DNA of 64,000 nt from Poseidonia sp. (GTDB taxonomy: Archaea; Thermoplasmatota; Poseidoniia; Poseidoniales; Poseidoniaceae): assembly GCA_030829545.1 (NCBI GenBank), contig JAURAI010000009.1, positions 1,041-65,040 of the forward strand. Reading direction: 5' to 3'. Position numbers and translations under genes: made by a program. The notes under the pieces were generated by a model. That model was not told where the DNA came from. It saw only the letters and a list, made by a program, of their open reading frames with translations, and ran no database searches. Shown one piece after another: positions 49,280 through 59,265 of the stretch. Each line of letters opens with the position of its first letter. The first letter of the stretch is position 1.

Positions 49280-49514
49280 AATGGCCATTGGTTTTGTTTT
49301 AATGACCACACAACCAGGTCAAGAAGAAAGCGTCCGAGAGGCACTCAAATCCATTGAACTGGTCACGGGACATTGGATGCTCTTCGGAGAATACGACCTC
49401 ATCGCTCGCGTTCAGGCGGATGAAGAATACGCACTCACCCGATGCATCGTTGAAGAAATCCGCCAGTTGCCCGGCATTCGAGAGACAAAAACACTCATCG
49501 GTGCCGAACTCTGA
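49272..49514 (+). CDS. stand-alone Lrp/AsnC ligand-binding (RAM) domain protein, tandem paralog
   Basis: AIGFVL...PG.E, LFGEYDLIA.V and IR.LPGI.ETKTL motifs. Confidence 0.88.
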   Translation: MNEMAIGFVLMTTQPGQEESVREALKSIELVTGHWMLFGEYDLIARVQADEEYALTRCIVEEIRQLPGIRETKTLIGAEL

Positions 49515-51686
49515 TCAAAGCAAACGGTGCAATCGCTGAGCGACAGCGCGAGCCGCTTTGTGGCATCCAGCCTGTCGGAATCTGTGAGCTGATTCTCGCA
49601 TGGCCATCCTTGCCTCTTCAGCATAGAGTTGGCCACGAAGGTACCACCAGCGAGCAGCATACCGATGTGCTGTTGCACCTGAAACCATCAGGGAGTCAGG
49701 ATGAGGCAATCCGTCAAAGCACGTGCGGGCTTCAAGCGTATCTCGAGGGAAGAGGCGCTCTGTTAATGCCAGGCCGATGATTGCCCGATGAAAAGGAGAA
49801 GTTTGTGCTTCCATCGCTCGTTGAGCCCGTTCATGAAGGTCCTCGATGGTGGCGTCTGGATTGAAGGCAAGATAGGTCTTGAAATTGAGTTGAAGAAGAA
49901 GAGGGTCTTGAATACTGCTCAAGGATTCAAGCACCTCAATCAATTCATTTGCTTGTTGGTGGTTTCCCGTCAATAAGGCCAAACCGTGCTGAATCATCGT
50001 GATGCTTACGGTCATGGGTGAACGAAACCGAGGGTCTTCGGGAAGTTCAATTCGAGCCAAAAGCGACTCGATGTCATCGGATTGGTCGGAGGATGGCTGG
50101 TCGAATACTCTGTCATCAAGGTGTTGAACTGCTGCAGAAAGGAGCAAGCGGGACGAACCGATTTCGGAGCCATCATTCAATTGCGCTTCAAGAAGGCGTT
50201 GAGCCTCTGCCTCATTCCCCTCGAGCAGGGCTAACTGGTACAATAAATCATGACGCAATGGCAAGGATGTGACCGCTTCAGCATGGCTTTTGACACGCTC
50301 TTTCTCGTTGCGGTGAAGTGCTATTTTTCCAGCCCAATAATGCAGTTCCTCATCGCCTGGTTTTTGCTCAATCGCCCGATTGAAAATTACCGCCATCGCA
50401 CCGTCTTGTGTCGGAACAAGGCGTTCAAATTGAGTGTCCATTGAAGCCACCATGTTGTCGCGGTCAAGGGCCAATTGATGATAGAGGCTCAGCACAGCAT
50501 ACTTAGGGATGTCCTCATAGGAATTCCAATGTTCAATGGATGCTTCATGGAGAAGGTTGAGTTCATCATCACTCAACATGGCTCGTCGAACATTTCGTAC
50601 GAGATGTTGAACTTCGACCTTTTCCTGCTGTGACGCCCATCGCAGGAGAGCGTGGTCATCCAAGGCTCCAATCATCGCTGATCGGGGCAAGTCATCAACC
50701 GGCAAGGGGCTTGGATTCAAAATCAAATGGTCAAGCGTTGAAACTTCTTCGGAATCAAGAGGATTGAGCATGGTTTCCTGTACAAAGGTCTGGATATCGC
50801 TGCCCGCTTCGGGCAAGGGGTCACCTTCACTGTACAGTTTAAGCGCCATTGGGTGTCCTCCGAGGGCTTGAGAAATGGACAAACGTTCCTTGTCTCCCAA
50901 GTGTTCGCCAAGCATGTGCATGGCTTCTTCTGGCTCGAGACTTGTTAGTTGGGTTTTCTTCCAATCAAGTTCCAACGTGAGCGGATATCTGCCGATAACA
51001 ACCACTGTTCGCTTGTGTTCTTTGAGATAGGATAGCAAGGAGAGGACATCATCACTATGTCGTGAGGAAAGTGTATGGAGGTCGTCAAGGACAAAACAAG
51101 CATCGCCGTAATTCGCCCGTTCACGTTGTGCTTCTCGGTCACTCAAACGATCCTTGTCCTCGGGAAACCAAGCAGCAAGAATGCTTTTCACATCACTCAA
51201 TTCATTGACATCTGCCCAGTGAAGGGGGCGGGATGCAAAGGGCGGACGCTCCATAAGAGCACGAACGAGCGTCGTTTTTCCAATCCCGGAAAGACCGCCG
51301 ACAATCATGGTGTGTTCGTCCAGCAATGCGCGTTCGAGATTCATCAGTTCATCTTCGCGCCCGATGATCTTGGTTGAAGCGATGACTGCCTCGCCTCCAA
51401 GAACTTCCTCAGCCGGGTGCTCTGACAACCATGCCCTGCCTTGTTGGGTGATGTGGTAGACCTGACGACGGCGAGTCCCGCCACCAATGACGTGGGCTAC
51501 GCGCACCAAAATGAAACCCTTTGACTCAAGAAAATTCAGCGGTTGATTGAGACCAGAACGCACCACGCCCATGGCTTCTGAGAGCCCGGGTAAAGAGAGC
51601 TCTCGCGGAACATCCCACGCCTTCTCGAGAGATTCTGGAAAGCGCCCGAGGTAACGCAATAATTTTTCTTGGGGACGGCTGAACAT
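49515..51686 (-). CDS. wHTH + STAND/AAA ATPase + helical (TPR-like) repeat protein
   Basis: N-terminal wHTH (RRQVYHITQQG); IIGREDEL; Walker A GLSGIGKTT; Walker B FVLDDLH; GGHPMAL (GxP); helical C-terminus. Confidence 0.82.
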   Translation of the reverse strand: MFSRPQEKLLRYLGRFPESLEKAWDVPRELSLPGLSEAMGVVRSGLNQPLNFLESKGFILVRVAHVIGGGTRRRQVYHITQQGRAWLSEHPAEEVLGGEAVIASTKIIGREDELMNLERALLDEHTMIVGGLSGIGKTTLVRALMERPPFASRPLHWADVNELSDVKSILAAWFPEDKDRLSDREAQRERANYGDACFVLDDLHTLSSRHSDDVLSLLSYLKEHKRTVVVIGRYPLTLELDWKKTQLTSLEPEEAMHMLGEHLGDKERLSISQALGGHPMALKLYSEGDPLPEAGSDIQTFVQETMLNPLDSEEVSTLDHLILNPSPLPVDDLPRSAMIGALDDHALLRWASQQEKVEVQHLVRNVRRAMLSDDELNLLHEASIEHWNSYEDIPKYAVLSLYHQLALDRDNMVASMDTQFERLVPTQDGAMAVIFNRAIEQKPGDEELHYWAGKIALHRNEKERVKSHAEAVTSLPLRHDLLYQLALLEGNEAEAQRLLEAQLNDGSEIGSSRLLLSAAVQHLDDRVFDQPSSDQSDDIESLLARIELPEDPRFRSPMTVSITMIQHGLALLTGNHQQANELIEVLESLSSIQDPLLLQLNFKTYLAFNPDATIEDLHERAQRAMEAQTSPFHRAIIGLALTERLFPRDTLEARTCFDGLPHPDSLMVSGATAHRYAARWWYLRGQLYAEEARMAMRESAHRFRQAGCHKAARAVAQRLHRLL

Positions 51687-51797
51687 GCACTGACTCAATG
51701 GATTGGTTGTGAACCTCCTTCATGAAACATCCCTGCCCGCGTTTGCACACTCCCATGAGGGGTTGGCCTTTTGAGCGACCTCGGATGTGGTGAATAT

Positions 51798-53522
51798 ATG
51801 CCCGTGGACTTGGCGTCAGCCGACCTCCCCAAAGAAGCGGGCGTCTACCTGTTCAAAACCAACGAAGGTCGCGTTCTCTATGTTGGAAAAGCCACGCGCC
51901 TCAACGAACGTATTCGCTCCTATTTTGCTTCAAATCCAGACCGTGTCATGATACCAGAATTGGTGCGCAGAGCCGATACAATCGAGTGCATTGTGACTCA
52001 AACTCCTCAGGCTGCCTTGGTGCTGGAACGCCAATTGATCCGAGAACACATGCCGCGCTTCAATTCCATGCTGAAGGATGGCAAATCCTTCCCCTATCTC
52101 GTACTCACCAACGATGAATACCCCCTAATCATGTACACCCGTCACCCCCCAGCATCAAGCGAACAATGGGGGCCCTTCCCCAATGCGGGCGCTGCAAAGC
52201 AGGTCATGCAATTGCTCCGACGGCAGTTTGGGATTCGCGACTGCAAAGAATTGCTCCCACAAGGTTGTCTGTCCATGCACATCGGTTTGTGTGCTGGGCC
52301 GTGCATTGATGGAACAGGCTACGGCGACCGAGTCAAAACCGTCCGACGCATCCTCAATGGAGATGCAGCCCCTCTGTTGGCTGAATTAGTAAGTCAGATG
52401 GAAGCAGATTCAAAAGCCGAAGCTTTCGAACAAGCAGCACATCATCGTGACATGATACGAGCGGTCAGAGCCACCACCAGTCAACACGTTGTGTCGAGCA
52501 AAGTCTACCGCGATTGTGACGCCCTTGGCATCGATGCTGAGGGAGACCTCGCTGCTATTGTCGTGCTGCATGCTGATGAGGGAATGGTTCAGGGTCAAGA
52601 GGCGTGGCCAGTCGTTTACCGGGGCGATATTGGGGAATCAATCTCAATGTTCATCGCTGAACATTACGCTCATCGTCGCCCACCCCGACTCTTGCTTTCA
52701 CCCGTTCCGCTCTTCGATGGGCTTCAGTCGTGGCTTGATGAACGGCGAGGAAGTCGAGTGGAAGTGAGAACACCGCAGCGCGGCGACCTCGAAAACCTCG
52801 CTACACTCGCTCGCCAAAACGCCACGATACAACTGCACCGATTGGCCAGCAAATCCAGTGGTTCGTTGGAACAACGTGCTGCCGATGAAGGAGCAACGGC
52901 GCTGGGCATGGAACAACTCAACCACGTCGTGTGCTTTGACATGGCGCAACTTCAGGGAGACGAACGTGTTGGTGCCAGCGTCGTCATGCGTCATGGCCGT
53001 CCGGCCAAGGACGAATATCGAAAATACGTTGTCAAAGGTGACGCTCTTGATGATTTACGAATGATGAAAGAAGTCGTTGTTCGCTGGGCGAAACGTCAGG
53101 AGGAATGGCCGGACTTGTTGTTGATTGATGGTGGAGAAACTCATCTCAATACGATTCGTACTGCGCTTGAGGAACACGGATGGAGTGGACGCTTTTCCTT
53201 AGCGGCTCTTGCCAAGCGTGAAGAGACAATCCATCGCGAGGGGCACGAACCCCTTGTCTTGGACCGTCAAGGTCGTGTTCTCGTCCACGCTCGTGATGAA
53301 GCCCACCGTTTCGTGAATACCTTTCACCGCCGCCGCCGCAGTCGGCAACGTCTTGCCGACCCACTAGAGGTCGTTGAGGGATTGGGGGCCAAAAAACTCC
53401 AAGCGCTTCTGCGTCATTTCGGTGGTCGCAAAGGCATCGAACACGCTACGGTCAATGCGTTGATGACCGTACCTGGCATCGGTCCTGCCTTGGCTGAGCG
53501 AATCTATAGCACGCTTCACTGA
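51798..53522 (+). CDS. uvrC: excinuclease ABC subunit C
   Basis: GIY-YIG (GVYLF..YVGKA), CFD, DDL.MM.EV, PDLLLIDGG, RDEAHRF and HhH2 motifs. Confidence 0.95.
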   Translation: MPVDLASADLPKEAGVYLFKTNEGRVLYVGKATRLNERIRSYFASNPDRVMIPELVRRADTIECIVTQTPQAALVLERQLIREHMPRFNSMLKDGKSFPYLVLTNDEYPLIMYTRHPPASSEQWGPFPNAGAAKQVMQLLRRQFGIRDCKELLPQGCLSMHIGLCAGPCIDGTGYGDRVKTVRRILNGDAAPLLAELVSQMEADSKAEAFEQAAHHRDMIRAVRATTSQHVVSSKVYRDCDALGIDAEGDLAAIVVLHADEGMVQGQEAWPVVYRGDIGESISMFIAEHYAHRRPPRLLLSPVPLFDGLQSWLDERRGSRVEVRTPQRGDLENLATLARQNATIQLHRLASKSSGSLEQRAADEGATALGMEQLNHVVCFDMAQLQGDERVGASVVMRHGRPAKDEYRKYVVKGDALDDLRMMKEVVVRWAKRQEEWPDLLLIDGGETHLNTIRTALEEHGWSGRFSLAALAKREETIHREGHEPLVLDRQGRVLVHARDEAHRFVNTFHRRRRSRQRLADPLEVVEGLGAKKLQALLRHFGGRKGIEHATVNALMTVPGIGPALAERIYSTLH

Positions 53523-53525
53523 AGA

Positions 53526-56500
53526 CTAGTAATCGTCAATTTCAGCCATTTCCTCTATGGACTCACCTCGGCGAAGTGCAGGGCTTGAGAAACCAGCAAG
53601 GTCTGCGAATTCATGATCGCCAAGTTGCGCTTTGTTGATGTTATCTGCTCGATTGGCCAAGGCCCGTTTCTTTCGCTTTCGTCGTTTTCGCCACTTGCGA
53701 ACCACCAATACCAGGAGCAGTATAACGATGGTCGGATAGATCCAAAATTGAATCAAAAAGTACATCCAACCAACTTGAATTCTAAAGAAAATTTTGTCCT
53801 CAACATCACCGGCAGGAACGTAATAGGTCAACGTTTGACGGCCTCCATCTTTGGATAGAATGAGCTCGCCGGAAGTTGATGACACGTCAACAAATTGAAC
53901 ACCCCTCGGGAGGGTGAACGAAATCGGACCGGTCAAGTTTTCTGAGAACATGGACGTATCCAATTCTACGCCACCCACTTCGCCAATTAGTTCGGGTTCA
54001 CCAGCACCAAGACTGATTGTAACTTCCTCCCTATCCTCTCCCTCAGGGGGATAGGTCACACCGTTCGTTCCTACGAGTGAATTGTACAACCCTTGAGTAA
54101 AGAGATTTGAGGCCAACCGCATTGGCTCTAAGAACACCGATTGCAATGTATCGGTGACGACATTGATTCGCAGGCCATCGGTATCCCCTTCTTGCAACTC
54201 AGCGACATTTGCATCCACTCCGATGGTGAAGGATACTTCGGGAATGCTAACCTTGAATGTAAGCGGCTCATCATCAGTAACATCTTGGTCTGGAGCCTCA
54301 ATACCTGAAATTGAGGTTTGGATGATGAAGGAAGACAAGTCCATGGTTTGGACCTGATCAAACTCCATCTCAGCCTCATCTCCTGCGGTATGAATGACAC
54401 TGGTCACAACCTCGCCGATGTCCTCGGTGAAATCCTTCATCCCTTGACGCGTGCCTGTCACCTTGAGGTCCGTATCCCCTATCGTCCCAAAATCATGCGA
54501 AAGGGGTTCGTCCATCCGGCTTGAGATGTCGATGAGCAAACGGATGAGGTCGGATGGAATTGCCTCCATCGTCACACCCGTCCCTCCACTCTCAATACTT
54601 CCGCCGGGGATGCCAATTCGGTAAACGCTGAATTCAACATCGAGGGCGAAGGTAAAACTCAGGGATTGAGACCATTCATTGAGATTGAACTTCTCCCAAT
54701 CAAAATTTATTGAACTTACAACGCATGTGGACTGATTGGCATGACAAATCACGACGTCGTTTTCGTCACGGATTTCATGTTCCCAATCATAAGGATTGGT
54801 TCCAGTGAGGGAAATTTCTGTTTCTTGGGTGCCTTCAATGGTTTTGTTGAGGACGATTTTCGATGTGCCATCAAGGGTCGAAATCCAGGATGGTACAAGG
54901 ATTTCAACGGTAAGTTCTGAAGGTGGAAGGTTGTTGGGGATGATCGTATCAAGGTAACTCGAGTCAATGATTGTGTCGAGCGCAATGCCTGAATTCATGA
55001 CCCGTTCGAGATCGTTTTGTTGAACGCCATTGAGGAAGTCATCCACCATTTGATTGGTGTTGTAAGCCTTGAGAATGTCAACAAGACTCATTGAGAAGGG
55101 TTGACTGGTCGTTTGCAAGTAAATTGGATAACTCGCATCCATTGCTACGTCACCTTGTAAACAATAGTAAAGACTCACGCCTGCTGCAACAGGTTCAGTA
55201 CAACCCGTCGAGTGTGAATAATTCAGCCCACCGGCTTGATCAAAGATACCGTTTGCTTCGGTTTGTGAGACCCATTCAAGTTCACTCATTTCGATATCAC
55301 CAACGCCCGCAACCGTATCTCCCAGACCTTCAACGATATCTCCCAACGGGAATTGATTGGTGAATTGAGTCAAATCAACAATTCCGTTGTGATAGGCCAA
55401 GCGAATTCCATCGGAAGTAATGACGGGGACGTATGCTGCGGAAGAGACTGAGAACATGTCAATACCCCAACTCGAAAGCGTTGCATCGTCAAGATAGTAC
55501 AAGCCTGCTGCAAAATCAATGGTGGCTGCCGTATCGTCTCGAAGGTCAAGAACGAGTTTGATGTCCAGGGCTTTCGAGTCAGGTTCAATCCACACCGTTG
55601 GCGTTTGGCTTGAGTTACGATGGGCCATTTGTAAATTGACCGATTGAAGAAGGTCGGTGTCGACTTCTTGAGCATCGAGGTGGTCCATTGACCATTGAGC
55701 TGCCCAGTAACTTGGTGGGCCGACCCGAGCGACCACGGACCCGTTATCATCAACACCCATGACGGTGGAGTAACTTGGTGGATTGATGACGAAATCTGAT
55801 TTGTGACCCGGTTGAGTCGTCAATTGAAAACTGGTATTGATCTCAGCGCCCATGGTCAACAAACCTTGGTAGGTCCGCTCCAAGTCAAGCTCCGAGGTGG
55901 CGTTGAGATTGAAATTACCCGCTGCTAAGTCGACCGAAGCGACGGCGGTGAAGCACAAGGGTGGTTCAAACACATTGTCAACACTCGCACCTTCAGCGAG
56001 TGAATCTGTGGCCTCGTCGGTCGAGCATGCAGTGGTTATACCGGCGTTGGTGAAGGAGTTCACATAATCTGTGGAAATGCTTGTAACGGTACCAAATCCA
56101 GATTCAAGAGCACTTTGAACCGCATCGTTGACTTCGGATTTCAATTTCTGCCCAACCGTTGGAGAGCCCGCTCCCGCCGTGGGTTGATTGAAGGTTTCAC
56201 GAATCAAATCGGCTGGCGCTCCATCGTTAGCATCGAGACCGTCGGTATCTTCGAGCGCATCGCCAATGATGGTTCCTGAACCCAATCCAAGAGAGTCTCG
56301 CTCAAACTCACGGACCGCCCATGTCAATTCGAGGTTGATGGAGGAGGTTGAAACCAGGTCAAAGACATAGGTGCCCTCTACCCAATCCTGACGGTGGGGC
56401 GTGAGATCTTCGGCATGGTCGTATTCATCACATGTCCCACCGGTAGCACTGCAGGACTGCATACCTGCAGCACTCACAAGGGGCGCCCACATCTGTAGGC

Positions 56501-56570
56501 AGAAGAGCGACGTGATGAGAAATGGTAGAATACCGAATTGAAATGAGCGTGATTCGGGCTCGTGCGTCAT
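53526..56570 (-). CDS. large secreted, C-terminally membrane-anchored hypothetical protein
   Basis: 1014 aa; signal peptide; acidic Ser/Thr-rich beta domains; TM followed by RKWRKRRKRKKR. Confidence 0.75.
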   Translation of the reverse strand: MTHEPESRSFQFGILPFLITSLFCLQMWAPLVSAAGMQSCSATGGTCDEYDHAEDLTPHRQDWVEGTYVFDLVSTSSINLELTWAVREFERDSLGLGSGTIIGDALEDTDGLDANDGAPADLIRETFNQPTAGAGSPTVGQKLKSEVNDAVQSALESGFGTVTSISTDYVNSFTNAGITTACSTDEATDSLAEGASVDNVFEPPLCFTAVASVDLAAGNFNLNATSELDLERTYQGLLTMGAEINTSFQLTTQPGHKSDFVINPPSYSTVMGVDDNGSVVARVGPPSYWAAQWSMDHLDAQEVDTDLLQSVNLQMAHRNSSQTPTVWIEPDSKALDIKLVLDLRDDTAATIDFAAGLYYLDDATLSSWGIDMFSVSSAAYVPVITSDGIRLAYHNGIVDLTQFTNQFPLGDIVEGLGDTVAGVGDIEMSELEWVSQTEANGIFDQAGGLNYSHSTGCTEPVAAGVSLYYCLQGDVAMDASYPIYLQTTSQPFSMSLVDILKAYNTNQMVDDFLNGVQQNDLERVMNSGIALDTIIDSSYLDTIIPNNLPPSELTVEILVPSWISTLDGTSKIVLNKTIEGTQETEISLTGTNPYDWEHEIRDENDVVICHANQSTCVVSSINFDWEKFNLNEWSQSLSFTFALDVEFSVYRIGIPGGSIESGGTGVTMEAIPSDLIRLLIDISSRMDEPLSHDFGTIGDTDLKVTGTRQGMKDFTEDIGEVVTSVIHTAGDEAEMEFDQVQTMDLSSFIIQTSISGIEAPDQDVTDDEPLTFKVSIPEVSFTIGVDANVAELQEGDTDGLRINVVTDTLQSVFLEPMRLASNLFTQGLYNSLVGTNGVTYPPEGEDREEVTISLGAGEPELIGEVGGVELDTSMFSENLTGPISFTLPRGVQFVDVSSTSGELILSKDGGRQTLTYYVPAGDVEDKIFFRIQVGWMYFLIQFWIYPTIVILLLVLVVRKWRKRRKRKKRALANRADNINKAQLGDHEFADLAGFSSPALRRGESIEEMAEIDDY

Positions 56571-56591
56571 AATTCATGCTGGGGTCGGGAA

Positions 56592-56599
56592 CTTGAAAG
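56592..56599. promoter_or_regulatory. bidirectional TATA-like element
   Basis: CTTGAAAG lies at -30..-23 from the + strand ATG at 56622 and, read as CTTTCAAG, at -29..-22 from the - strand ATG at 56570. Confidence 0.55.
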
Positions 56600-56621
56600 G
56601 AGTTCCGCTTGTGGGACCCTC

Positions 56622-57767
56622 ATGGAGCAACCTCGAAATCTTCATCCTTTTGTGGCCGTTCATCGCCATGAAGGCGAGATTGCTCATGCTCTTCTCAAAC
56701 AGCATCTGATGCTCAATTCCGACCTTTCTCCACAGGAAGTCGAGAACGGTAAGGTCGCCTTTCCTCTCATTGAAACTGCGACTCAAGACGCCGTTGAGGC
56801 ATGTCTGCAATCGGTTGACATGAGTCCAATTTTTTACACTCTAGAAGCAAGCATCCAACCACTGGTCGACCCTCACCGACGGTTGGCAAAGGCGGTGGAA
56901 TCTTGGGCTAATCACCACGCAGCAGCGACACATGCCGACCTGCTCTCCTCAGTACCGTCCAAATGGGAGCGTCTTGGCGGACTCATTCTCCTTCCAGCCG
57001 ACCTCAGCGAACAACCATCCTGGCTTGAAGTGATGAATCACCCGCAATGCGAAGATATGTGGTTGGGTATCCTCGATGCCCTGAAGGGCGATTCCCTCGG
57101 TATTCAGGCGCCAATTGCGAACGATACCTTTCGCTCATCTCAAGTGAACATGCTTTACGGCTCCTCCGAGGTCCGTTTTCTGGACCACGGCATCACCTAC
57201 ATCTTCGATGCAGCAAAGGTGATGTTCTCTTCGGGAAACGTCACTGAACGACGGCGAATTGGAGCCATCAGCATGGAAGGGGAAACGGTGATTGATGCCT
57301 ACGCTGGCGTGGGCTACTACACCCTACCCATGCTGGTTCACAGCCAAGCTGCCCACGTCCATGCGTGCGAAATCAATCCTGCATCCATCGCAGGTTTGCA
57401 AGCAGGGGCAGCAGCCAACAAGGTTCGTGAGTGCTTAACGGTGCACGAAGGCGACAATCAAGTCAGCCTTGCCAGCCTTGTTGGCATGGCAGACCGTTGC
57501 CATCTCGGCTTGCTTCCATCATCTGAACCCGTCTGGGAATTAGCCATCAAGGCCCTGAAATCACAAGGAGGATGGCTTCACGTTCACATGAATGTCGAAG
57601 AAGAGCGCATTCCGTCATGGATGGAAGCAACAAGGAATCGCTTTCAAGCATGGGCAGACCAACACGACCTTGGTTTTGAAGTCCACAACAGGCATCTTGA
57701 GCGGGTCAAATGGTTTGCACCCTTCGTTAGACATGTTGTACTTGACCTCGAATGCCGACGAGTCTAA
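56622..57767 (+). CDS. taw2: tRNA(Phe) wyosine aminocarboxypropyltransferase (Taw2/TYW2, Met-10+/Trm5 superfamily)
   Basis: KVMFSSGN.TERRR, DAYAGVGYY, CEINP, ADR..LGLLPSS, GG.LHVH.N and VK.FAP...H.VLD motifs. Confidence 0.8.
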   Translation: MEQPRNLHPFVAVHRHEGEIAHALLKQHLMLNSDLSPQEVENGKVAFPLIETATQDAVEACLQSVDMSPIFYTLEASIQPLVDPHRRLAKAVESWANHHAAATHADLLSSVPSKWERLGGLILLPADLSEQPSWLEVMNHPQCEDMWLGILDALKGDSLGIQAPIANDTFRSSQVNMLYGSSEVRFLDHGITYIFDAAKVMFSSGNVTERRRIGAISMEGETVIDAYAGVGYYTLPMLVHSQAAHVHACEINPASIAGLQAGAAANKVRECLTVHEGDNQVSLASLVGMADRCHLGLLPSSEPVWELAIKALKSQGGWLHVHMNVEEERIPSWMEATRNRFQAWADQHDLGFEVHNRHLERVKWFAPFVRHVVLDLECRRV

Positions 57768-57773
57768 CTCATG

Positions 57774-58769
57774 TCATTCGGTCTTTTGACCGTCGATTAC
57801 CAACTCAGCCACGAGGATACCATCCTCTTGTTCCATGAGCACAGGAATCTCCGTACGTGCACGGACAATCCCTACCACTGCAGTGACGATGAGGAGGATG
57901 ACCAACGGAAAGGTGACGACACGGACAAAGGATTCCATGAAAGAGGATTGTGTCTCAACCGGTTCTGGTGGATTGCGAATCAACCCGTCCGGGTCAGCAA
58001 CGCCAACCATTTCCATGGAAAGGATCTCAACCTGGTAAATTGGCCTCCCGGCTGAAGAGGCTGGATTTTGGATTTCTTCGATTCCGGTCGGATCGTCACT
58101 GGTAGGAGTCACAGCAATGGCCCGGATATGAGTCATGCCGTCACGCACGATACCAAAGGTTGCATAGCCTTCATCGTCACGATTCTCTGGGTCTAAATTG
58201 TGGGCCTCAGTTTCTGCAATGTACCACTGGGCATCTGCGGAATCTGGATCAGCACTGCGGGCCATCCCAAGAGCACCGTCCACGTGTGAAAGATTTTCAT
58301 CGTGCTCCAAGGGGATGGTTTCGCCCGTTCCACCACTTCCGCAATTCGGGCTGGTCAATGGGTAGGCTCCCAAGGCCTTGCAGGTTGGATCGCCTGATTG
58401 TGTGACGAAATCGTCAATGACGCGGTGAAAGAAAACACCGTCATAGAGTCCCGATTCGACATGTGCAATCATGTTGCTGGTCGTAATTGGCGCCCATTGT
58501 TCAAACAATTCGATGATGACCGTTCCGTCAACGCGCCCGCTGAAATGACTTTCTTGATACGAAACACTCATGGAAATTACTGCGTTGCCGGTGTAAGATT
58601 CCATCATTGGAGAATCTTCGGTTTCAGGGCGGTCGGTCCATTCAGCAGGGTCGAGCCCGTTGCTGCGCCAGAGTGGTTCTTGGTCTTGAGCACCGCTTAC
58701 CCCAGGAATAAGCAGCGGGAGAAGCAAAAGAAGCACCAGCATTGGGGCCATCCCTGCGGTGCGAGTCAT
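57774..58769 (-). CDS. secreted, membrane-anchored cyclophilin-type PPIase
   Basis: APIT..N, YDG..FHRVIDDF..Q.GDP, H..GAL.MARS.DPDSA..Q and Y..FG.V..GM motifs; signal peptide and C-terminal TM. Confidence 0.9.
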   Translation of the reverse strand: MTRTAGMAPMLVLLLLLPLLIPGVSGAQDQEPLWRSNGLDPAEWTDRPETEDSPMMESYTGNAVISMSVSYQESHFSGRVDGTVIIELFEQWAPITTSNMIAHVESGLYDGVFFHRVIDDFVTQSGDPTCKALGAYPLTSPNCGSGGTGETIPLEHDENLSHVDGALGMARSADPDSADAQWYIAETEAHNLDPENRDDEGYATFGIVRDGMTHIRAIAVTPTSDDPTGIEEIQNPASSAGRPIYQVEILSMEMVGVADPDGLIRNPPEPVETQSSFMESFVRVVTFPLVILLIVTAVVGIVRARTEIPVLMEQEDGILVAELVIDGQKTE

Positions 58770-58859
58770 GGTGGGGGATTGGCACCACCACCATGAAAGA
58801 TACGGCTGCTGGTTCTATTCACCATCAAGAAGAAAAAGGAGGAGGAGGGTGGTTCACGC

Positions 58860-59243
58860 ATGGAAGAACAATCAGACTTCATGCCCAATTTGACGCTCGG
58901 CTACGGAATGTTCCTCATCCTTTGGGGCGTGGCCGTATCGGTTCTCTCTGAATCGGACTCGGTTACATCCTATTTCCCGAGTTTCCTAGGAGCACCCATC
59001 GCTGTTTCCGGATGGATGGCAAAGTCCAATCCTGACCGTCGGAAAGACTGGATGCACGTCGCTGTGGTCGTTGGATTGTTGTGTGCCTTGGGTGGAACAC
59101 GTTTCTTCATGGTGATGGGTGACGGACTTGATTACGCCTCAGGATCGATGCTCATGTTGCTCTTGACGGGCTCGGGCTATACCTTCCTGTGCGTTCGCTC
59201 ATTCATTGCGGCTCGAAAGGCCAGAGAAGCGTCAGCCTCTTGA
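58860..59243 (+). CDS. small 4-TM membrane protein (TMEM14-like)
   Basis: YG..LIL.G, S.TS..P, H.A..V.LL and VRSFIAAR motifs. Confidence 0.7.
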   Translation: MEEQSDFMPNLTLGYGMFLILWGVAVSVLSESDSVTSYFPSFLGAPIAVSGWMAKSNPDRRKDWMHVAVVVGLLCALGGTRFFMVMGDGLDYASGSMLMLLLTGSGYTFLCVRSFIAARKAREASAS

Positions 59244-59265
59244 CGGTGAGAACCTTCCCAACACC

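Noticed and set aside
49515..51686. STAND ATPase as an Avs defence protein
   Set aside because: The N-terminus is a wHTH rather than a nuclease or other effector, and the context is housekeeping; a regulator is more parsimonious.
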